From: a virus
Lineage: Duplodnaviria; Caudoviricetes
Length of the DNA stretch: 59,302 bases
Strand: one strand, 5' to 3'
IMG/VR virus record: IMGVR_UViG_3300025889_000130
Location: 1-59,302 of that record
The notes under the pieces were generated by a model. The model ran no database searches. It was not told where the DNA came from and was given only the letters and a program-made list of their open reading frames with translations. Positions 50,094-59,302 of the stretch are shown here, one piece after another (position 1 is the stretch's first letter; every line of letters begins with the position of its first letter). The translations under genes and the position numbers were made by a program.

Positions 50094-52673
50094 ATGAAAA
50101 TCCCTTATACAGTATGGGCAGAAGTAAATGGAAGATTTCGACACCCATTTGCCTCAGATGTTGGAAGATTCCAAGAATATGTTGAAGAAAGCTATAAAAG
50201 ACCATTAATATCTGGGTCTGAACCTCACAGAAGTCGATGGAATCCTAATAATTGTATATATTATGGACTAGGAGAGCCAAGAAGTAATATTGGAGATAAA
50301 TTATTTTTTAATGAAAATAAGGGGTGCTGGCAGTTTGAGGGCAAATTTTACGAAAGCCATGGATATAAAGAGATTTATACAGGAGAACCTGATTGTGATA
50401 TTTTTGGAAAATATTGGTTAGATAAAACTGAAACAGATGCACAACACGATAACCCAGAAGCATTTTATGAATATGATAATCATTATCCTTGTAAGTTTGC
50501 AACAATATCTAAATGTTCACAAGCTGAGGTGCCTGAAGATAAATTTGTAATTTGTAGTATAGCTGGCTGTGATTGCAGTTATGATGATGTCTCAGTTGAG
50601 TGCAAAGCTAATGCTTGGCCAGTTTCAATGTCATTTACTGGGGCATCTTTTCTAAATAATACTACTAGTGTATCTACTGGTACTTATTCTGTAAATAAAG
50701 ATTATGAAACAAGGTTTACAATAGGAGATTCTTTTACTGGAGATTGTGAGACTATCAGTGCTTGTAATAATTGGTCTGGAGAATGTGATGTTGTGCAGTG
50801 TTGTTCATGGACTGGGAAAGCTACTATTAATCACGGCACAGGAGCTCCCCCATGGCTTGATATTTCTATACGATTTAAATCTCATAAAATTTCTGATTAT
50901 CATGATAGAGGCGATCAGTTTCCTTCCGATAATCCAGTATCTAAATATATTCCAAGTCGATTTGGTTGGGAATGGAGTATTTTTGGTGTCGAAGAAATTG
51001 ACACTCCCCCAGATGGTGTAATTTTCTTTACTGGAAGTAAAAATATTTGGCAATGCCCAGACGTTGAAGAATCTAATGACCCACTTACAGAATATCAAGG
51101 ATGTGGCTTTTATGGTAAGAATACCAGCTTAGTATACGCGGCGCAGGTTGATGATGGTGGTGGAGTTGTGAATTTTTACAGTCTTAAACTAACACTAGGA
51201 GGCGAGGGCATGCCTAAGATAGAAAACTGCTGTTATGATGTAGATGGGCGGGATATAGAAGGATTTGGTGCGGTTGATGAAGCTGGTCGGCCATGTACTG
51301 ACAATAGAAAATATGCAGATAGTATTTATTATAATAAGGCTGCCATGGCTACATTTTGCCAAGTAGGATTAATGGGGCCGAGCGATATTAATGAAGCGGG
51401 AACGTATTGGGCTATTTCAAATATATTAGGATCTAATAGTCCAGATGATTATAGTACAGAAGATGGAGATCCGTGGAGCCCTAATACTTGGACCTGTATA
51501 AGTGTTGAGGAACATGCCTGTGCAACAACAACAACGAACCCATTAGCAACAACATTAGCCCCAACAACAGTAACGGCAACAACGACAGTGGGTCCATGTT
51601 TTGGGGTTTCTGATATTTGTGTTACTGATGCAAAAGAAGTAAATATGCTTGGAACATATGTATGTCAAGGAATTTATAATGGTAAAAATTATTGGTATAA
51701 TGGCCAGTATTATATTTATTGGATTACCCTGCCAACTACAACTACAACCGCATCACCAACCACAACTACAACTGCGGGACCAACTCCAATTCCTGGACCA
51801 ACTACAACTGCGGGACCGACCCCAACTCCTGGACCAACTACAACTCCTGGACCAACTACAACTGCGGGACCAACTACGACTATAGAACCAACTACAACTG
51901 CGGGACCAACTACGACTATAAGACCAACCGTGGCCCCAGAGACACCTATATGTTTTTATGATGCAACTTCATTAGTTGTAACGTTATATAAAGTTGAAAA
52001 CTCCTATGGAGAAGATTATTTAATTAACAATAAACCATTTTGGATGGGGTATAATCCAATCAACAGGATTTCATATGTACTTTATTATAATGAGCTTGAC
52101 TATTGGGTATTAAGAGACGGACTAACAATAAGTAATACTACTTATGCAATTTCTGACGATACGGGTATTTCCCATCCTATAGCTGTAAGCAGTTGGAGTT
52201 CAACTGAATTTAATGATCCAGACTTACAAAACGGTCCGTGTCCTACCTATCCTCCAGTAACTACTACAGTTGCTCCAACAACCACACCAGCTCCAACAAC
52301 CACACCAGCTCCAACAACCACACCAGCTCCAACAACCACACCAGCTCCAACAACTACAGCAGCTCCAACAACTACAGCTACTCCAACGACCACTACAGCT
52401 GGGCCATTCGGAACTACTGATGTAGACTTGTGTGTCGATTATAATGGTGGTGGTAGTGAAACGTATGAAGTTTATTCTACTCATAATGGTAAAAATTTAT
52501 GGAGGGGATCAGTCTTGACTACTAGATATTTATATTGGTCAAATACTAATAATAGATGGCAAATTGGAACAGGCACTACTGATTATAGTTTCGGATATTC
52601 ACAATCATATCAATTTGATGAGCCATGGAATGTTACTTGGACTAGCGTTTCTGTTTCTGAGGGATCTTGCTAA
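50094..52673 (+). CDS. mucin-like Thr/Pro-repeat, Cys-rich virion protein 2
   Basis: PTTTAG and PTTTPA repeats; shares the YNGK.YWYNG.YYIYW module with the upstream gene. Confidence 0.8.
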   Translation: MKIPYTVWAEVNGRFRHPFASDVGRFQEYVEESYKRPLISGSEPHRSRWNPNNCIYYGLGEPRSNIGDKLFFNENKGCWQFEGKFYESHGYKEIYTGEPDCDIFGKYWLDKTETDAQHDNPEAFYEYDNHYPCKFATISKCSQAEVPEDKFVICSIAGCDCSYDDVSVECKANAWPVSMSFTGASFLNNTTSVSTGTYSVNKDYETRFTIGDSFTGDCETISACNNWSGECDVVQCCSWTGKATINHGTGAPPWLDISIRFKSHKISDYHDRGDQFPSDNPVSKYIPSRFGWEWSIFGVEEIDTPPDGVIFFTGSKNIWQCPDVEESNDPLTEYQGCGFYGKNTSLVYAAQVDDGGGVVNFYSLKLTLGGEGMPKIENCCYDVDGRDIEGFGAVDEAGRPCTDNRKYADSIYYNKAAMATFCQVGLMGPSDINEAGTYWAISNILGSNSPDDYSTEDGDPWSPNTWTCISVEEHACATTTTNPLATTLAPTTVTATTTVGPCFGVSDICVTDAKEVNMLGTYVCQGIYNGKNYWYNGQYYIYWITLPTTTTTASPTTTTTAGPTPIPGPTTTAGPTPTPGPTTTPGPTTTAGPTTTIEPTTTAGPTTTIRPTVAPETPICFYDATSLVVTLYKVENSYGEDYLINNKPFWMGYNPINRISYVLYYNELDYWVLRDGLTISNTTYAISDDTGISHPIAVSSWSSTEFNDPDLQNGPCPTYPPVTTTVAPTTTPAPTTTPAPTTTPAPTTTPAPTTTAAPTTTATPTTTTAGPFGTTDVDLCVDYNGGGSETYEVYSTHNGKNLWRGSVLTTRYLYWSNTNNRWQIGTGTTDYSFGYSQSYQFDEPWNVTWTSVSVSEGSC

Positions 52674-52694
52674 TAACTAAAATTATAATTTATC

Positions 52695-53543
52695 ATGCCA
52701 ACAAAGTTTGAAAACTGTCCAATAATATTGAAACCTCAAGTCAAAATCACTGACTCATTTGAGGATATTTTTATTATGGCTAATTCTATTACGATAAATG
52801 ACCAATTACCTATTGCGCAGATTCGAAGGTTAGGTAGAGAAGGCGCTTATGCTGGAAGAGCAGAATCTCCTGTACAAGGTCAGCTGTCTATAGATTTTGT
52901 ATATGGAGAAATGTCTGTATTTGTAGATGGAGTAAAAATTTACAGTCCATCAAAATCTTGGTTTGATAATTTAACTGGAAAAGTGGAATATATTGATGCG
53001 TTTATAGGTCCATATCAATTTTCCAGCGGACTATTAACAGATTTTTCTTTTTCTTCTGAGCCTAATTCAATAGTTAATACAAGTATTGGCTTTGTATTTT
53101 ATAATTCTGAGTTGTCAAAATTAGATTCCCCAGTTATTGAACAACAATATTTTTCTGGAGTTGGACATGGGGTTTATTCTAGTGGAGACTTTTCAGATCC
53201 AACGATTGGGTCAAATCAAAACTCGTTTTCGTTTTCTTATAATCTTTCCCAAGGATTTGAACCCGTCAGATATGCTGGTCAAGTTTCTCCTGCGATTATA
53301 AAAAGAACCGATGGAGAGATTACATTTAACATACAGGGAGATGATTTAGCTAATGGATTAACCACATCCCCAGATTCCTTATGCAAGGATAGAATTAATG
53401 AAGCTAATTTTTTTATCACTGGATTATGTAATAACAATTTTGGTGATAAATATACAGTAAAGGGATACATTCAAGATAGGGAAATTTCAATTGTCGAAGG
53501 AGATATAGTTAGGGGTAGTCTAAAAATAATAGATTATTTTTAA
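52695..53543 (+). CDS. tail-tube-like/distal tail protein
   Basis: Beta-rich, two-repeat architecture resembling 46580..47494. Confidence 0.45.
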   Translation: MPTKFENCPIILKPQVKITDSFEDIFIMANSITINDQLPIAQIRRLGREGAYAGRAESPVQGQLSIDFVYGEMSVFVDGVKIYSPSKSWFDNLTGKVEYIDAFIGPYQFSSGLLTDFSFSSEPNSIVNTSIGFVFYNSELSKLDSPVIEQQYFSGVGHGVYSSGDFSDPTIGSNQNSFSFSYNLSQGFEPVRYAGQVSPAIIKRTDGEITFNIQGDDLANGLTTSPDSLCKDRINEANFFITGLCNNNFGDKYTVKGYIQDREISIVEGDIVRGSLKIIDYF

Positions 53544-53562
53544 TAAAATATTATAATATGAT

Positions 53563-53859
53563 ATGGATATAAAACCAAAAGACGTATTGGTTTTTCAGGT
53601 TAAAAGGGACTTCATAAATTTATACAAAAGTTTTCTTTTTATACTTGAGGATATAGAGAAAGAACATCAAATCGCATTCAGTAAAATAAAAAGACAGTTA
53701 CCTCAATTTAAAGATGCAATAGAATGCGCAGATTACTTAGATGAATCAAAAATGGAATATCTAAGAAAAAAGGTTTTAGATTTAGGAAATGGTTCTATCC
53801 GTCATTTAATAAATGAATTGGAAAAATATGATATTGATTTTAATATAAAAATTAATTAA
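53563..53859 (+). CDS. hypothetical protein
   Basis: ORF in the tail module. Confidence 0.6.
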   Translation: MDIKPKDVLVFQVKRDFINLYKSFLFILEDIEKEHQIAFSKIKRQLPQFKDAIECADYLDESKMEYLRKKVLDLGNGSIRHLINELEKYDIDFNIKIN

Positions 53860-53877
53860 GGTTAAAAGGATATAAAA

Positions 53878-54750
53878 ATGGCAAAAAAAGAATTATATAG
53901 TTTCACGATTGAAATTGAACAAGAGACTGAAAAAGAAATTCAAGTCGAAAAAGAAGTTGAGGTCGAAAAAGAAGTTGAAGTTGAAAAGCGTAGAAAAAAC
54001 AAACAAACCAACAAGTTTGAATCTTATGTTACAACTCAAATTAAAAAAGTAAAAGAAAAACAGATTGTCTCAGAAATACGAACAGAGATTAAAAAAATTC
54101 CAGTAAAAATTTCAATCAAGAAGCCGACAAGATCTCAACTGGAGGACGGTGATATGTTTTATAGCGTATGGCTAAACAAATTTATTAAAATGGGATTACT
54201 AACTAGATCCATGCTTGCGAAACAACATGTTGATCTCGGTGGTACTTTAAATGAAGAAGAAAAGCAGAAATATGCACAGCTATATGTAAAGCTTTATGAG
54301 AAACAGATGACCGTGCAAAAGCTTGGTATTCTCTCTGAGACAGAAATGACTAATGATCAAAAGGAAAGATTAAATAATGCAGTCTATGAGCTTGGCGTTA
54401 TTAGAAAAGAATTAACCGATTTCGAAACTGTGCAGGCAGCAATGTTTGAACATACAGCTGATATTAAAGCTAGAAATAAAACTATTACTTGGTATCTCAT
54501 GCATCTAGCTCAGTATCAAATTGGAGATGAAGATTCCAGCGAAGTTCAAAACATGTTTCAAGGAAAAGAATTTGAAGATAAATATGCTTCTTACCAACAA
54601 AAAGATGAAGATGAAGATGAAATTTATATGAAAAGCATTGATCGATTAAGCTCTATTGTTACTATCTGGTATATGAGTGGCGTTCAAAAGCAAGAAGATT
54701 TCGATTCTTTATTAGAGCAAGTTGAAGAAGAATCAATGGTTTATGTCTAA
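53878..54750 (+). CDS. putative tail assembly chaperone
   Basis: Helical protein upstream of the tape measure gene. Confidence 0.45.
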   Translation: MAKKELYSFTIEIEQETEKEIQVEKEVEVEKEVEVEKRRKNKQTNKFESYVTTQIKKVKEKQIVSEIRTEIKKIPVKISIKKPTRSQLEDGDMFYSVWLNKFIKMGLLTRSMLAKQHVDLGGTLNEEEKQKYAQLYVKLYEKQMTVQKLGILSETEMTNDQKERLNNAVYELGVIRKELTDFETVQAAMFEHTADIKARNKTITWYLMHLAQYQIGDEDSSEVQNMFQGKEFEDKYASYQQKDEDEDEIYMKSIDRLSSIVTIWYMSGVQKQEDFDSLLEQVEEESMVYV

Positions 54751-55750
54751 CCCTACAGAGCTTGAGCTTAGGAAAATTTTCCTAAGCATAGCGCAGGGAT
54801 ATAGTACTTCGATTTATGAATCAAAAACTGTATTTATTAAACATTTTAATTTATTTGACCAACAAAAATTAGATGACGCTTATGAAATAAAGCTTCAAAA
54901 ATTAATTAAGCAGGGCATTCAAACAAAGGAAGAATTGTTACAAGAATTAATTGAGCAAGGAAAATGGTCCGCAGAAAAAGAAAGCGAAATCCAAAATAAA
55001 GAAAACTTTCTTAAAAACTTAATAAAAACAAAAGAATCTTTGATTCTCCCATCTCAAATTGAGCAGCTAAAAGATAAAATAGAAAAAGAAAAAAAAGTTA
55101 TTGAAGAGCTTCGGGAAGAAAAAACTTCATTATTATCTAATAGCGCCGAATCTTTTGCAGGCAGATATCTCAATGATGAGAACGTATTTAATTCTTTTTT
55201 TAGTGACGGCCAATTAAAAAACACATTATTCACAAGAGAAGAATTTGATGAATTGGATCGAAAGGAGATCTATTCATTAGTAAGAATATATAACAAAGAG
55301 CTTGGTTCTATTTCTTTAAGTAATATAAAACATCTTGCTTTAAGTGGTTTATTTTCTAATTATTTTAACGTTAGCGAAGAATCTCCTTATAAAATATTTG
55401 ATAAAAAACCTTTAGATCTAACTTTTTATCAGTTAAATTTAATTACTTATTGTAAGATATTTAAATCTATTTTTAAGAATATACCTGATATTCCAGATGA
55501 TATTCGAGACAATCCTGATGAATTATTAGAGCTTATAGGTTCTAGCAAGAAAACGAAAGAAAAAATAGAAAAAATCAAAAAAGCAGCGCAGTCAGGCAAA
55601 CAATCTAGAGCTCAAAGTATTGTAGGGGCAACTAAAAAAGACCTTGAAAAAATAGGAGGAGAAAATTCTTCCGTAATGAGCCCACAGCAGTTTTTAAAAA
55701 GTAAAGGTAAAACTTCTTTTTCATTGTTAGATGGCGATTTTAATGTGTAA
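54743..55750 (+). CDS. putative tail assembly chaperone 2
   Basis: Directly upstream of the tape measure gene. Confidence 0.45.
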   Translation: MSNPTELELRKIFLSIAQGYSTSIYESKTVFIKHFNLFDQQKLDDAYEIKLQKLIKQGIQTKEELLQELIEQGKWSAEKESEIQNKENFLKNLIKTKESLILPSQIEQLKDKIEKEKKVIEELREEKTSLLSNSAESFAGRYLNDENVFNSFFSDGQLKNTLFTREEFDELDRKEIYSLVRIYNKELGSISLSNIKHLALSGLFSNYFNVSEESPYKIFDKKPLDLTFYQLNLITYCKIFKSIFKNIPDIPDDIRDNPDELLELIGSSKKTKEKIEKIKKAAQSGKQSRAQSIVGATKKDLEKIGGENSSVMSPQQFLKSKGKTSFSLLDGDFNV

Positions 55751-55761
55751 CTACTTTCAAG

Positions 55762-58700
55762 ATGGCTGTTCAAGGAGATATAGGTTTAAGAGTAAGAGCG
55801 ATTGGATTGCAAGAAGATATTGCTCGACAAGCTAATGCTGCACAAAGAACATTAAATAGAACTAGGATTAATTTATCTCTTGATGATCGTTCCTTCCGTC
55901 AACCCCTTGGACGCATTACTGGTGACATGTCGGAGTTTCAAAAGTCTTTGGATGCCTCTACCGCCCGTGTTTTTGCTTTTGGAGCTACAGTTAGTATTAT
56001 TAATGGAATTGCAGACGGTTTCCGTGCGACAGTTGACGCCGTTATTCAAGTTGAAAAAGCTTTGGCAGATATTAATGTTGTAATGGGACTGAGTGCCGAA
56101 GGACTTCAATCTTTTTCTGACAGATTATTTGAGGTTGCTAAAAATACCAGTCAAACTTTTGAAACTGTTGCAAATGCCGCTGTAGAACTTGCAAGACAAG
56201 GATTGGGAGCAGAAGAAACTTTACGTAGGGTTAATGATGCCTTGATATTAACTAGACTTTCAGGTTTAGAGTCAGCCAGAGCAGTAGAAGCTTTAACTGC
56301 CGTAGTTAATGGATTTAGTAAAGCGGGACTAAATACTTCAGATATTATTAATAGGCTTGCAAATGTTGATGCAGCCTTTGCGGTTAGTTCTAAAGATCTT
56401 GCAGACGCCCTTGCTCGTTCTGGAGCGACAGCTCAAGATGCTGGAGTAAGCTTTAATGAACTTTTAGCGGTTATTACCTCCGTCCAGCAACAGACAGCTA
56501 GAGGAGGTGCTGTAATAGGAAATGCATTCAAAAGTATATTTACTAGGCTACAAAGAAGTGGAGTTAGGGAAGCATTAGAAGAAATTGGTGTAGCAACAAC
56601 TGATTCTTTTGGTAATTTTAGGTCTGCTATTGATATACTTAAAGATTATGCAAAAGTTTATGATACTTTAGCTGACGCGCAGCAAGCTTATACCGCAGAA
56701 CAAATTGCTGGAGTATACCAAATCAATAACCTTAGGGCGTTAATTTCTGATTTGAATAAAGAGTTTTCTATATATGGACAAGCATTAAGCCAAGCGGCAA
56801 ATACTACAGATGAAGCTGTTCGAAGAAATGAAGAATTAAATAAGACATTTGCTGCTATGGCAGTTCAGGCTGGACAAAGTTTAACTCAATTGGCTCAAGC
56901 TTTTGGAGAGTTAAGTCTAGAACCTGCAATGGAAAAGGTTTTAGGAATAATACAGACGGTTGTTGACTCAATGAATTCTATGCTTGGAGAAGGAGATGGA
57001 GACAGTTTAATGTCAAAATTTTTCAAAGGAATGGGGCATTTTATTTCTGGCCCAGGACTAGCTTTAGTATCAGCAGCTTTCGGCAAATTATTTATGGTTG
57101 TCGTTAAGCATGGTATGGAAGCACTCAAGGAAATGTTTAAGATATCAAGCGAAGCTCAAAGACAGAAAGCTTTGCAAGAGTCGATTTTAAATATTTTAAT
57201 GAAGGATGAACAGGCTTATAGAAAAATTACTTCTGCCGCTGGAGATCAAAATCGTCAAGCTCAAATACTTTTAGGGATTATTAGGCAAATAAATTCTGAA
57301 TATGCAACTCAGCAACAATTAATTAGTAGCTTAGCAAGATCTCCCGCTCTTCGTGGGATAACTCCTGGACGGCAAGGTTTTACTGGTGTTCGACCACAAA
57401 CAGGAACTTCAGCAGGGGGTTTCAACCCAGAACAGAAAAAAACTTTCGCAGAGGGAGCAATTCCTGAGATTGAAGCATCTGTTAATGCTGGATACGTAAA
57501 CACAGTTCAGCCTCAACAAGTTAGGCAAATGAATATTCCTCAAGTTGGGAATATTATGTATAATACTCAAGAAAGAGTAGTAAAGATGCCTAACGTGGCG
57601 CAACCATTTATTGTGCCCCCAACTTCTTCTAAAGCCTACCCAGGTTATGCTAATACAGTTAAAGAGAATTTTGGAGAAAAAATGGGCAATATGGTGCTTG
57701 GGAGAGCATTTACTCCAGCTCAACGATCTTTTGCCGAAGACTTAAATCCGACTGCTAAATATAATTCAATTATAGAAAAACAATCAGCCAAAGGTTTAGT
57801 GCCGAATTATGCAGCTAGAATGATTGGAAGTCGAAAAGATTTTGATGACTTGGGATTAGGGATTGGTAGCAGCATGTCTTTCGAGCGATCTGTTGATAAG
57901 AATTATCAAGAATTTATTAAGGCGAATAACTTAAATCAACCTCGCACATCTAAAGAAATGTCTATCGTTGAGGGTGGCAATAGCATAAGACTAAACCAAG
58001 ATATTGCAAAAATATTAAAAAGTGGAGGGAAAAATCCAGATTTACAATGGGATGGATCAAATTTTAAATCAGGTTATAAATATGAGTTTGATTACGGCGG
58101 AAAAACTATAATTGCTACTGGAAAAGAATTTAAAGAGCTTTTTTCAAAATCAGAAAGTGGAAAATATTCAATGCGAAAGGAGAGTGGGCTCGCAAAAGTA
58201 GCGCATGATCCAAGCGTCCCACAGGTTCATAAAATAAATGAAGATGTATCAATGTTAGTACCTCTTCCAATGGGCAACGCCGCCACTCAGGAAAATGTTA
58301 TTATAAGTGGCCAAGAATTACTAAAAACAATTAGCTTAACGGAAGTTGGTAAATTGGGCTTGGTTCCGAAAGGTGAAAACGCAAAAGAAACTGCAGCAAA
58401 ATTAAAAAACAATTTAATCAATGATACTTTTCAAGTTGGATTTAAAACATCTGGCATACAAGAATTTGATGATAATGTAACCTTAAGGGATGCGATAGAT
58501 AGAGATATGAGTAATGCCATATCGGGCATAATAAAAAATAACGCAAATAAAGTTTTAGGAAGTAAGTCTAGTACATTCAAACTTAATACTGCTGATATAG
58601 ATGCGAGGGCCAAGAGTTTAGTGCAACAAAATTCTTCACTTGCTGGATTCTTATTTGAGGAAGTTATTACGTCAGCTATTAATAAATCTTCTGCTTTTGA

Positions 58701-59302
58701 TGAGAAGGATCAATACAGAAGATGGGATTTTAATGCTGGGGACAAGCCAGCATTAAATGAAATTTTTGATAGGGCTGTTGGAGAATTGTCTGACGCAAAA
58801 AGAACTCCAAGCCCATTGGCTAAAGTTTCAATTGGTAAAAAAAGTCTTTTTGCTACTCCACAAGGAAATCGAATTTTACGAAAAGCAGTTAATTCAGCAA
58901 ATGGATTTAGCCCAGATCCTGTAAGTTTTGGCGGAGAAAAGCAATTAAATAAAAATATTAAAAATGCCGCAGAAGGCTTGGTTCCAAATTTTGCAGGGAG
59001 AAGCAATGGGTTTACTAGGTATATAAATTACAACAAATATAAAGGAAGGGAGAGCGTAAGAGCGAGTACATTAACCTCTGCACAAAGGGGTGAGAATGCA
59101 TACAACGATTTTATTAAAACGGGCCGTATTTCTGATGTGATGAATATACCTCATGTGGTTGCCCACGCAGTAAAGGGAACGGGAGGAGGGTGGTCTGCCC
59201 TAAAAAAGGATTCAGAATCATTGCGTCGTTTAAAAGAGTTCGATTCTAAGAATCCTGGGTACTTAACTTTTAGCGAAATAACCGAGGGTAATTTGCAGAA
59301 TA
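55762..59302 (+). CDS. tape measure protein (TP901-like), 3' truncated by window edge
   Basis: Missing from the ORF track because it has no stop; hand translation gives MAVQGDIGL...ELARQGL...LANVDAAFAVSSKDLADALAR...TARGGAVIGNAFKSIFTRLQ. Confidence 0.88.
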   Translation, partial: MAVQGDIGLRVRAIGLQEDIARQANAAQRTLNRTRINLSLDDRSFRQPLGRITGDMSEFQKSLDASTARVFAFGATVSIINGIADGFRATVDAVIQVEKALADINVVMGLSAEGLQSFSDRLFEVAKNTSQTFETVANAAVELARQGLGAEETLRRVNDALILTRLSGLESARAVEALTAVVNGFSKAGLNTSDIINRLANVDAAFAVSSKDLADALARSGATAQDAGVSFNELLAVITSVQQQTARGGAVIGNAFKSIFTRLQRSGVREALEEIGVATTDSFGNFRSAIDILKDYAKVYDTLADAQQAYTAEQIAGVYQINNLRALISDLNKEFSIYGQALSQAANTTDEAVRRNEELNKTFAAMAVQAGQSLTQLAQAFGELSLEPAMEKVLGIIQTVVDSMNSMLGEGDGDSLMSKFFKGMGHFISGPGLALVSAAFGKLFMVVVKHGMEALKEMFKISSEAQRQKALQESILNILMKDEQAYRKITSAAGDQNRQAQILLGIIRQINSEYATQQQLISSLARSPALRGITPGRQGFTGVRPQTGTSAGGFNPEQKKTFAEGAIPEIEASVNAGYVNTVQPQQVRQMNIPQVGNIMYNTQERVVKMPNVAQPFIVPPTSSKAYPGYANTVKENFGEKMGNMVLGRAFTPAQRSFAEDLNPTAKYNSIIEKQSAKGLVPNYAARMIGSRKDFDDLGLGIGSSMSFERSVDKNYQEFIKANNLNQPRTSKEMSIVEGGNSIRLNQDIAKILKSGGKNPDLQWDGSNFKSGYKYEFDYGGKTIIATGKEFKELFSKSESGKYSMRKESGLAKVAHDPSVPQVHKINEDVSMLVPLPMGNAATQENVIISGQELLKTISLTEVGKLGLVPKGENAKETAAKLKNNLINDTFQVGFKTSGIQEFDDNVTLRDAIDRDMSNAISGIIKNNANKVLGSKSSTFKLNTADIDARAKSLVQQNSSLAGFLFEEVITSAINKSSAFDEKDQYRRWDFNAGDKPALNEIFDRAVGELSDAKRTPSPLAKVSIGKKSLFATPQGNRILRKAVNSANGFSPDPVSFGGEKQLNKNIKNAAEGLVPNFAGRSNGFTRYINYNKYKGRESVRASTLTSAQRGENAYNDFIKTGRISDVMNIPHVVAHAVKGTGGGWSALKKDSESLRRLKEFDSKNPGYLTFSEITEGNLQN

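Noticed and set aside
55751-59302. Apparent ORF-poor region suggesting stop-codon recoding or non-coding DNA
   Set aside because: It is one long plus-strand tape measure frame lacking only its stop; other genes translate normally with the standard code

Overview
The window is part of a large, AT-rich tailed-phage genome, probably a siphovirus-type virus; the host cannot be determined from sequence alone. It has three zones. (1) 1-13.1 kb: UvsE, rIIA/rIIB, ATP-dependent DNA ligase, a deaminase, two antisense HNH endonucleases and two tRNAs. (2) 13.2-28.8 kb: a dense plus-strand array of short genes, most with their own TTGAC-N17-CAnnnT promoter. (3) 30-59 kb: PhoH, a phage sigma factor, an ERCC4 nuclease, terminase, portal, head genes, tail-tube-like genes, two mucin-like Thr/Pro-repeat proteins and a tape measure protein that runs off the end. 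The most unusual part is zone 2. It is divided into gene cassettes by 15 copies of a 33-bp dyad, TTGGCACG-N6-GC-W-GC-N6-CGTGCCAA, which reads as a sigma54-type GG-N10-GC site on both strands. One copy has its core flipped in place, and one whole repeat-to-repeat cassette is duplicated. A shared mRNA leader (AGATTAACC...) has antisense copies just before the terminator hairpins. A second 18-bp perfect palindrome occurs six times. All product calls come from motifs recognised by eye; no database search was run.
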